A stretch of 64,000 bases of DNA, from positions 51,783 through 115,782 of the forward strand of contig JAFQCR010000004.1 of assembly GCA_017416345.1 (NCBI GenBank), read 5' to 3'. Position numbers and translations under genes: made by a program. The notes below the pieces were generated by a model. It was not told the origin of the DNA. It worked only from the letters and a program-made list of their open reading frames with translations, and ran no database searches. The DNA comes from Clostridia bacterium (GTDB lineage Bacteria > Bacillota > Clostridia > Oscillospirales > Acutalibacteraceae). Positions 55,229 through 62,756 of this stretch are shown here, piece after piece; the stretch's first letter is position 1; each line of letters opens with the position of its first letter.

Positions 55229-56395
55229 TTATTCTTTGAGTGATTTTTCTTCAACGCCCAGACCTGCGGCTATCATCACAACGATGAATCCCGTCTGTAT
55301 CCAGATAAAGGTGGTGTCCATCGATCCGTAAAGCGCCAAGGCCACCGACAAAGCGATGATAAATCCCGTGATGGGGGAGGGTTGACCTTGCTTTTTCAAT
55401 GCATATCGGCAGGAAAACAGCGATTTGAAATAGCTTCCGAAGGCCACAACGGCCGCAACAGTCCCGATGATGCCGTGGCACAGCAAGCTGTCAAGATAAA
55501 TGCTGTGCGACATTGAAGCACGGTAGACGTCGGTTGGTTGAGGAAGCTGTGAATACAAAAACTTATAGGTGTAAAATCCACGTCCGAAAAGCGGTGCATC
55601 CTTAAAGCTGTCAATGGCAAACGACCATATCTTTATACGGTTGTCAATGGTTTCGGAAAGCTCACCGAGTCGGTGGATAAGACCCGGTATCGCAAGCAGT
55701 GCAACAACCGCCAAGCCGACTACCGAAAGGAAAATTGCCAACAGCTTGAACTCACGGTGGAGTATCAGCATAATGATTATGCAAACGGCGGCGACCAGCC
55801 ACAGACTCATACTGCCGCAAAGGTAAAGCCCAACGGCGTTGAATATGGCGGCGGCGTAGTATATCCATACCTTATCGGCGTAGGTAGAGGCTTTGTAGGC
55901 ACAAATGAGTATCACAAAGGTCAAAGCCGTGCCGAAAAAATTGGGATTGGTGAAAAAGCCTTGGCAACGGTAGCCCTCAACATTGCGATTGAGGACAAAC
56001 TCGATGATACAATGCACCGTGGCCAGACAACCGCCCAGCACAAAGGTGTTCATCAGCTTTTCAAAAAAGCTTCGGTCGGCAAGCGCTCTCACAACGGTGG
56101 CAACGCCCAGCAGAGCCGCAAAAACAAGAGTGCGGCGAAAGCCTACATAGTTTCCGCAGATCAGCGCAACCGTTGCGGTCAATGCCAGAAACCCAAGACC
56201 GAAGAAGATGCCACGGCGTTTGAAAACGTACTCACGCACACCTTTAAGCAACAGAAACAGCAGGCTTAGCGCAACCGTTGCCGAGGCGGTGACCTGATAG
56301 GGCAGGAACACCGTAAGCGACAGCAAAAGCACAAGACCTAAAGCGATCTTTTCGATCAGCGGCCTGACAGAAAAAATATTTTGATTATTTATCAT
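55229..56395 (-). CDS. O-antigen ligase/polymerase-family (Wzy_C) membrane protein
   Basis: A 388-aa ORF with about 10 TM segments. The periplasmic-loop motif is RIKIWSFAIDSFKDAPLFGRGF...SHSIYLDSLLCHGIIG. Its ATG overlaps the upstream stop (ATGA). Confidence 0.75.
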   Translation of the reverse strand: MINNQNIFSVRPLIEKIALGLVLLLSLTVFLPYQVTASATVALSLLFLLLKGVREYVFKRRGIFFGLGFLALTATVALICGNYVGFRRTLVFAALLGVATVVRALADRSFFEKLMNTFVLGGCLATVHCIIEFVLNRNVEGYRCQGFFTNPNFFGTALTFVILICAYKASTYADKVWIYYAAAIFNAVGLYLCGSMSLWLVAAVCIIIMLILHREFKLLAIFLSVVGLAVVALLAIPGLIHRLGELSETIDNRIKIWSFAIDSFKDAPLFGRGFYTYKFLYSQLPQPTDVYRASMSHSIYLDSLLCHGIIGTVAAVVAFGSYFKSLFSCRYALKKQGQPSPITGFIIALSVALALYGSMDTTFIWIQTGFIVVMIAAGLGVEEKSLKE

Positions 56396-59247
56396 AATGT
56401 TTTTATTTTGGCAATTATGGCCGAAATTACCGCAAACAAAATCTGGAAGCCTGCAACGGTCAGGGGATTGACCAGCGAAGCTTTACCCGTAACGCCGAGA
56501 TAAACGGTCATTACAACACCCAAAACGGCCGCAATTATGAATATGGCGGTTAGTATCGAGTATATTCCGCCGAGACGGATGGAGGCGGTAATGCTTGCAA
56601 AGAAGCCGCAGACATCCTTGCCGAAGGCGGCAGGAGCCGAGGCCGAATCGGTGGGAGCCGAGGTGCGCTCGTAGCTCACACGTCCGTTATGGTTCATAAC
56701 CTTCAAGGCATCGTTGGGCAGACCGAAATAATCGCAGATCATGGCGTCGGTGGTGTTGGGGTCCTTGGGGTCTACGACCACCGTCATACCGGTGTTGCAA
56801 AGAAGCTGAAGCTCGTGTGCGACCTCGGGATCGGTCTCATATTTAACAAGGAACAAGAGGCAGGGTACACCGCCCGAAGCAATGTATACGGGGAAGTAGC
56901 CTGCACGGAGGATCTTCTGGTCGACCGATGCGGGAGGTACCGAAATATTGTGTCCCTGCATAAGGTTGCGGTTACCGATAAGGATGGTATTCTCACCGAT
57001 CCAGCCCGAAATACCCATCTTATCCTCATACTGAACGCCGTTGACCTTGGGCAGAGCCGACGGGCTGACGTTGCCGATGATGCCCTTGAAGATACCGCTC
57101 AAGGGACTGTTGGCGGCAATGGCTACGGCGGCCGCATTCATAAGGGTATTTCCCATCTCGTTTTCGGAGAGAGCCTTCATATTGTAAAGCTTGACCGAGC
57201 CTTCGGGAAAAAGGTCGGTGGAGCTGACGGCTACGATATTGGCAAGGTTGAGCTCGTAAGCGCCCTTGTAGCCTGCCAGCATTGCACCGTAGCTCGAGAT
57301 CTTTTTGGAGGCGAGATACATAGGCAGCTCGCACACAAGTGCCGCCGAAGCAGGCCACAAAAGGCACAGCATAGCGGTCATGACCTCAAATCCCGTGCCA
57401 AAGCCGGAAATGAGGCCGACAATGATAAATGCGGCAACCGCCAACGAAGCGCAGACGGTGAACAGGATCTTCACCTTGCGGTCAAACGGACTGTCATATC
57501 CGCAGTTTTTGAGATAATCCTTGACATTTACGGTACTGCGGTCGCAAAGCACCAGCGCTTCACCCTCGCAGGCACCCGAGGAAATAACCTTTCCGTTATT
57601 GCCGCCAACCGAAACGACAGCACGCTTGGACTCGGAATTTGCAATAAACTCAAGACCCTTGAGTATACGGGAGGACTTCATCAGCTTGGAGAAGCGGTTG
57701 ACCGTGAGCAAAACGGCGGCCGCGGCGGCAAAGCCGACGTGCTTGCCCTCAAACACAAAATGAGAAAGGATATTCTGCACAAGCACCAGCGACGAAGCGA
57801 CGGCGGTGCAGGTATCAAAGCTCGGGCGGAACTTGCCGAGTTTTTTAAGGTCGGCAAAAATATCCCAGTTCATAACAAGTGCGGCCAAAAGCAGGATAAT
57901 ATCAAGCATTCGGACCGTTGCAAGGGGCAAAAAGCCCAAAGCACCCGTGGCTGATACGGTCAGCAGGGCGGTTATGACGGTCGAGAATATTGCAACCGTC
58001 TTGTTTTTGGATTTTTCAGCGGCGAGATCGGTGCGCAGACGTGCGGCATCGTTGAGATTTTTGTAGTCGTCGATATCCTTAAGCGCAGGATCCTCGGCCT
58101 CGTAGTAGGGAGTCTCCAGATAATCGTCGTCATCGTCAAAATCGTCATCGTCAAAGTCGTCCGTACCGGCATCAAGATCGGCATCGGCTCTTTGCGAGAT
58201 AATGTCGCCCAGATCGCCGAACATAACGGTCTTGTCATCGGCAACGATGGTATCCTGCGACACCTTGGGCGCACAGACAAACTCCGAAGCCTCAACATCA
58301 CCCTCGGGGGTGTGCTGAATAACGGCTCCGCGGACTATCTTGCCGTAGATCCTTACATCGCTGTCGGGCTCGGGCTCCTTGGCAGGTGCCGAGTGCATAA
58401 TGGTCGATTCGCCCTCGGTGGGGATGACCTCGACCTCTACCTTGACCTCACGGCGGCCGTCCGAGGCAGGCGCCTCGGGAGCAGGAGCTTCAACGGCGGG
58501 AGCCTCGGCCGTGACAGGCTCGTCTGCAGGCTCAACTGCAGGCATCTCGGGCTCTTCGGGCTCGGGAGTCACCTCGGGTGTGACGGGTTTTCCTTCACGG
58601 GCATCGGGCATATTGCCTCTGAGCATTCGGATAATATCGTCTACCGAGCGTGTGGTGGGAGCCGTGGTCGGCTTTTCTTCCTCCTTAAGACCCTCGGGCA
58701 CGACCTCTGCGGTCAGACGGGGCTTGGTCGAATCGGTATGATATGATGCTTCATCGGCGGTGGCCTTTTCGACCGCAATACGGCATCTTTCAAGGAATGC
58801 ATCACTCGATGCCGAATGCTCCGGTTCTACGATAGGAGCAGGAGTAACGGGGATGACCTCGGGAGCCGTTTTTTTAACGGGGCTCTCGGCCGAAGCCGTA
58901 CCGCTATTGGACAGAATATCGTCGGTCGATCCGGATGTGGCGGCAGGCGTTGCCCACGAGGGCACATAGTCGTCACCGATGCCGGTCTCAACGGCGGCGT
59001 CACGCTCCTTCATACGGGTGTATATCGAATCGGGCATCGGAGCACCGTCGGTCGGTGTGTCGGCGCTGTTGTCAAGCACTTCATTCACGGTCAACGCATG
59101 GGGAGCCGTTGCTCCGTTATGACCCACCGCATGGGAGCCGCCTTTATGCTGTCCCAAGGGGATTATAACATCGTCATCGTCATTAAAAAGGTTGTCGTTA
59201 TGTAAGCCTTCAAATTCGTCAGGCTTTTTCTTTTTGAAGATTCCCAT
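56392..59247 (-). CDS. degenerate P1B-type (heavy-metal) P-type-ATPase-like membrane protein with a roughly 400-aa disordered N-terminal region
   Basis: Residues about 405-951 are colinear with the CopA-type layout, but CPC->WPA, DKTGT->SSTDL, the actuator domain is truncated and the GDGxNDxP hinge is missing. The N-terminus is acidic and Pro/Glu-rich (DDFDDDDFDDDDDY; PEVTPEPEEPEMPAVEPADEP). Confidence 0.7.
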   Translation of the reverse strand: MGIFKKKKPDEFEGLHNDNLFNDDDDVIIPLGQHKGGSHAVGHNGATAPHALTVNEVLDNSADTPTDGAPMPDSIYTRMKERDAAVETGIGDDYVPSWATPAATSGSTDDILSNSGTASAESPVKKTAPEVIPVTPAPIVEPEHSASSDAFLERCRIAVEKATADEASYHTDSTKPRLTAEVVPEGLKEEEKPTTAPTTRSVDDIIRMLRGNMPDAREGKPVTPEVTPEPEEPEMPAVEPADEPVTAEAPAVEAPAPEAPASDGRREVKVEVEVIPTEGESTIMHSAPAKEPEPDSDVRIYGKIVRGAVIQHTPEGDVEASEFVCAPKVSQDTIVADDKTVMFGDLGDIISQRADADLDAGTDDFDDDDFDDDDDYLETPYYEAEDPALKDIDDYKNLNDAARLRTDLAAEKSKNKTVAIFSTVITALLTVSATGALGFLPLATVRMLDIILLLAALVMNWDIFADLKKLGKFRPSFDTCTAVASSLVLVQNILSHFVFEGKHVGFAAAAAVLLTVNRFSKLMKSSRILKGLEFIANSESKRAVVSVGGNNGKVISSGACEGEALVLCDRSTVNVKDYLKNCGYDSPFDRKVKILFTVCASLAVAAFIIVGLISGFGTGFEVMTAMLCLLWPASAALVCELPMYLASKKISSYGAMLAGYKGAYELNLANIVAVSSTDLFPEGSVKLYNMKALSENEMGNTLMNAAAVAIAANSPLSGIFKGIIGNVSPSALPKVNGVQYEDKMGISGWIGENTILIGNRNLMQGHNISVPPASVDQKILRAGYFPVYIASGGVPCLLFLVKYETDPEVAHELQLLCNTGMTVVVDPKDPNTTDAMICDYFGLPNDALKVMNHNGRVSYERTSAPTDSASAPAAFGKDVCGFFASITASIRLGGIYSILTAIFIIAAVLGVVMTVYLGVTGKASLVNPLTVAGFQILFAVISAIIAKIKTL

Positions 59248-59260
59248 ATTCCAAACTCCC

Positions 59261-60055
59261 TTAATTTTTTGCTTTTATACCTTGTTTTTGCCTTGCGGCC
59301 TCGTACATCAGCACTCCGGCGGCGACCGAAGCGTTGAGCGAATTTATCTCACCCATCATAGGCATTGCAACCGTTACGTCACAGCTCTTTTTGACCAGAG
59401 CACTGACGCCACGACCCTCGGAACCGATGACAAATGCGCATGCGCCCTTATAATCGACCGAGCACCAATTCTCACCGTCCATATCGGCGGCAAAGATCCA
59501 AAGACCCTTTTCTTTAAGCTCCTCGATGCAGGCGGTGATGTTGGTCACACGTGCAACACGCATATATTCCAACGCTCCTGCCGACGCTTTTGCAACAACG
59601 GCGTTAAGCGAGGCGCTTCTGCGCTTGGGAATGATTATACCGTGCACTCCGCAGGCCTCGGCGGTACGGATTATGGCACCGAGGTTGTGCGGATCCTCGA
59701 TCCCGTCGCAGATTATTACAAACGGCGGCTCGTTTCTTTCGGCGGCAAAGTCCAGAATGTCGCCGACCTCGCAGTATTCGTGCGAGGCAACTATCAGCGC
59801 AACGCCCTGGTGCGATGCTCCGCCGCTCATAAAGTCGAGCTTTTGCGGTGCGACCTCCTTAACGGGGATGCCACGCTCTCGGCATTTGGCCACCAGCGCT
59901 CTTATCGAGCCGTTCATTGAGCCGTGGGCCACCAGCAGCTTATCTATCTCACGTCCGGAGCGCAGCGCCTCGGTAACGGGGTTACGGCCAACGATAACGT
60001 CGGTAAACCGTGTTTCTTCCGTTTCGACAACGGCTTCTTCTTTAAATTCAGACAT
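59261..60055 (-). CDS. rlmB: 23S rRNA (guanosine-2'-O)-methyltransferase RlmB (SpoU/TrmH family)
   Basis: An N-terminal SpoU substrate-binding domain (GRNPVTEAL..G..IDKLLV) and C-terminal SPOUT motifs (ICDGIEDPHNLGAIIRTA, VIGSEGRGVS, MPMMGEINSLNASVAAGVLMYE). Confidence 0.85.
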   Translation of the reverse strand: MSEFKEEAVVETEETRFTDVIVGRNPVTEALRSGREIDKLLVAHGSMNGSIRALVAKCRERGIPVKEVAPQKLDFMSGGASHQGVALIVASHEYCEVGDILDFAAERNEPPFVIICDGIEDPHNLGAIIRTAEACGVHGIIIPKRRSASLNAVVAKASAGALEYMRVARVTNITACIEELKEKGLWIFAADMDGENWCSVDYKGACAFVIGSEGRGVSALVKKSCDVTVAMPMMGEINSLNASVAAGVLMYEAARQKQGIKAKN

Positions 60056-60057
60056 AA

Positions 60058-60783
60058 TTATTTCCTTTTTACGTATTTGCTTTTGGTCAATGCTTCAAAT
60101 GAGGTGATAACAGCACGCTCGCTGATGTCACACTCAAGATCGTATATCGGTACTGTGCGGATGAATTTGTCAAGCAGGTCGGCCAGACGGTCAATGTTCT
60201 CAGGCTTGGTGGGGAACATGGTCTGACGCATTATAAACGGAACTATCTCGGCGGGTTTGGCAGGGGTGATGCGGTTTTCAAGACCTCGCTTCAGCAATGC
60301 AACGCCGCCAACGGGCACCGCAATGTCGGTATTCTGGTCGGTCTTGCCGCTCCACGGAGTTCCAATGGCATAAAACACACCGTCGATCAGCCTTATTGCG
60401 GGCTTGTCATCGTTTATCATGGTCACGCCGTCGATATACTCACGCCAGAGCGAGGTATGGGTCGATTTTCCCGTGCCGCTGTCGGCCGAGAATATGTAGG
60501 CCTTGCCGTCGTAAGCAATGCAGGACGAATGCAGCATAAGACCGTCAAACTTCAAAAGGCGGTAGTAAAATATACAGCCCGTTCCGAGATACTCAACGGC
60601 ATCCTCCTTCAATCGGGGGAAATCCTCTTGAAGGCGGGCAAGCTTTTCGGGCTCGGGATCGATGACAATATCGGGTTCACCCTCAAAGTCCGAGCGGTAT
60701 TTTTCGCTTCGCTCACGGAGCATTTCACCGCGGACGTTCATTTCAACCTTAAGACCGGCGATAAGATATCTTCCGACACTCAT
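60058..60783 (-). CDS. HPr-kinase-like / PEPCK-fold P-loop protein (hypothetical)
   Basis: The 241-aa product contains HSSCIAYDGKAYIFSADSGTGKSTH...DD, resembling the HprK C-terminal-domain family seen in peptide-maturation clusters. The RBS is AGGAGG. It lies 2 nt upstream of rlmB. Confidence 0.45.
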   Translation of the reverse strand: MSVGRYLIAGLKVEMNVRGEMLRERSEKYRSDFEGEPDIVIDPEPEKLARLQEDFPRLKEDAVEYLGTGCIFYYRLLKFDGLMLHSSCIAYDGKAYIFSADSGTGKSTHTSLWREYIDGVTMINDDKPAIRLIDGVFYAIGTPWSGKTDQNTDIAVPVGGVALLKRGLENRITPAKPAEIVPFIMRQTMFPTKPENIDRLADLLDKFIRTVPIYDLECDISERAVITSFEALTKSKYVKRK

Positions 60784-61020
60784 TAATAGGTCCTCCTAAA
60801 AGACAAAATTACCTTACATTATATAATAAATCTTTTTAAGTCAAATGTCAATCAATTTAATGTCGCAAACCGTCGGTTTGGGGCAACAATTTTTCCCTTT
60901 AAGGATTTTGTGCTCAAAACACGGTTAAAAACAGAAAAACCGCAAATAAACGGAGCGATAACGGTCAACAATAAAGCAGAAGGCGTAGGCTACGCAAATT
61001 TTACCGAAAAGGAAGATAAT

Positions 61021-62247
61021 ATGATCAGCGAGATAAGAGGAATGGAAGTTCTGGATTCAAGAGGAAACCCGACCGTTGCGGCCGAGGTCACCCTGACCGA
61101 CGGCTGCCGTGCCGTTGCCATAGCACCGTCGGGTGCTTCAACGGGAAGGTTTGAGGCCCACGAGCTGCGTGACGGTGGAAAGCGCTTCGGCGGTAAGGGC
61201 GTACAGCGTGCGGTGGATAACATCAATTCCTGCATTTCGCCAACGTTAAAGGCATTGGGCACGCTCAACCAAAGCAAGCTCGACCGTGAGCTTTGCCGTA
61301 TCGACGGCACCGACAACAAAAGCCACCTCGGAGCCAACGCAATGCTGGCCGTTTCGATGGCGGTGGCACGTGCCGCCGCAAGGCACTACCGTGTGCCGCT
61401 TTACCGTTATCTCGGAGGGATCAGCGATCTCAAGCTGCCTACGCCGATGATGAACATCCTCAACGGAGGTGCTCACGCCGCCAACAACATTGACATTCAG
61501 GAATTTATGATAGTGCCCGTGGTTGGTAGCTTTTCCGAAAAGCTCAGGATCGGTGTTGAGGTCTACCATGCGCTCGGTACCGTGCTTAAATCAGCAGGTA
61601 AAACGGTTGGGGTAGGGGATGAGGGCGGCTTTGCACCCGATCTTCGTGATGACCGTGAGGCGATAGAGTTCGTCCTGAAGGGTATCAGCACCGCAGGCTA
61701 TTCCGAAAACGAGGTCAAGATAGCGCTGGATGTAGCATCGAGCGAATGGTATAAGGACGGCGAATACATCCTGCCGAAAAGCGGAGAAAAGCATTCCGCA
61801 CAGTCGCTTTGCGAAAAATGGAGCGCACTTTTGAAGGATTACCCCATAATCTCCGTTGAGGACGGTCTTGGCGAGGAGGATTACGTGGGCTGGAAGATGA
61901 TGACCGAAAAGCTTTCGGCCAAAGCCATGCTGGTTGGCGACGATCTGTTTGTAACCAACCCGTTGCGCTTGCAAAACGGCATCAAGGATGGCATAGCCAA
62001 CGCCGTTCTGGTCAAGCTGAACCAGATCGGCACGCTGACCGAGACCCTGCAGGTCATAGCATTAGCCAAGCAGGCCGGCTATACCCCCATAATCTCGCAT
62101 CGCTCGGGCGAGACCGAGGACACCTTCATTGCAGACCTTGCGGTGGCTGTGGGTGCCGATTATATCAAATCGGGTGCTCCTTGCCGAACCGACCGCACCG
62201 CCAAGTACAACCGCCTGCTCAAGATCGAGTCCGAGCTTGCATTGTGA
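61021..62247 (+). CDS. eno: enolase
   Basis: The start is set at ATG 61021 (MISEIRGMEVLDSRGNPTV). Motifs are SGASTG, GDEGGFAP, DDLFVTN, NQIGTLTE and SHRSGETED. Confidence 0.96.
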   Translation: MISEIRGMEVLDSRGNPTVAAEVTLTDGCRAVAIAPSGASTGRFEAHELRDGGKRFGGKGVQRAVDNINSCISPTLKALGTLNQSKLDRELCRIDGTDNKSHLGANAMLAVSMAVARAAARHYRVPLYRYLGGISDLKLPTPMMNILNGGAHAANNIDIQEFMIVPVVGSFSEKLRIGVEVYHALGTVLKSAGKTVGVGDEGGFAPDLRDDREAIEFVLKGISTAGYSENEVKIALDVASSEWYKDGEYILPKSGEKHSAQSLCEKWSALLKDYPIISVEDGLGEEDYVGWKMMTEKLSAKAMLVGDDLFVTNPLRLQNGIKDGIANAVLVKLNQIGTLTETLQVIALAKQAGYTPIISHRSGETEDTFIADLAVAVGADYIKSGAPCRTDRTAKYNRLLKIESELAL

Positions 62248-62303
62248 TGAAAGATCACGTTCAAAAACCTGCAATTCGGGCAAAACGGAGTTAAATTCGC
62301 CCG

Positions 62304-62341
62304 ATACCGCCCTCGCTTTGGAGTGAGGGCGGTATTATTAT
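62304..62341 (+). terminator. terminator of eno
   Basis: An 11-bp stem ataccgccctc / gagggcggtat followed by a T/A-rich tract. Confidence 0.6.
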
Positions 62342-62627
62342 TGGACGTTTTGTGCAATTTGGTCAAAATCAACATTAAAATCCGATGTTTGGCGTATATA
62401 TTATTGTGAGATATGGACAAGTTGCACAAATAATATATGTAACACGACACGGTAAACAAAAACGAAAGAAGGGTGGTTGATAAATCAAGCAGGAAATGTT
62501 TGGAATTTTGTGCATTTTGACGATGAATGCACCCCTTACAAGGATAAAAAAGGAAATATGCATATAAGTGTTGGTATAAAAAATAAAATTTTTTTGCCGA
62601 ATTTCGTATATTTTTGCTAAATTAATA

Positions 62628-62656
62628 TTGACAAAACGGCCGATTTGTTAGATAAT
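62628..62656 (+). promoter_or_regulatory. candidate promoter TTGACA-17-GATAAT
   Basis: Hexamers at 62628-62633 and 62651-62656, about 100 nt upstream of the 62757 ATG. Confidence 0.5.
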
Positions 62657-62756
62657 ACTACGTAGAACATTATGCAAATTGGGGAGTTGTCTGTATTTCC
62701 CGGTTTGTTGCTCTTGCAAGGGGCGCTGTTTAAATCTGTTTTTTGAAGGTGAAGAA

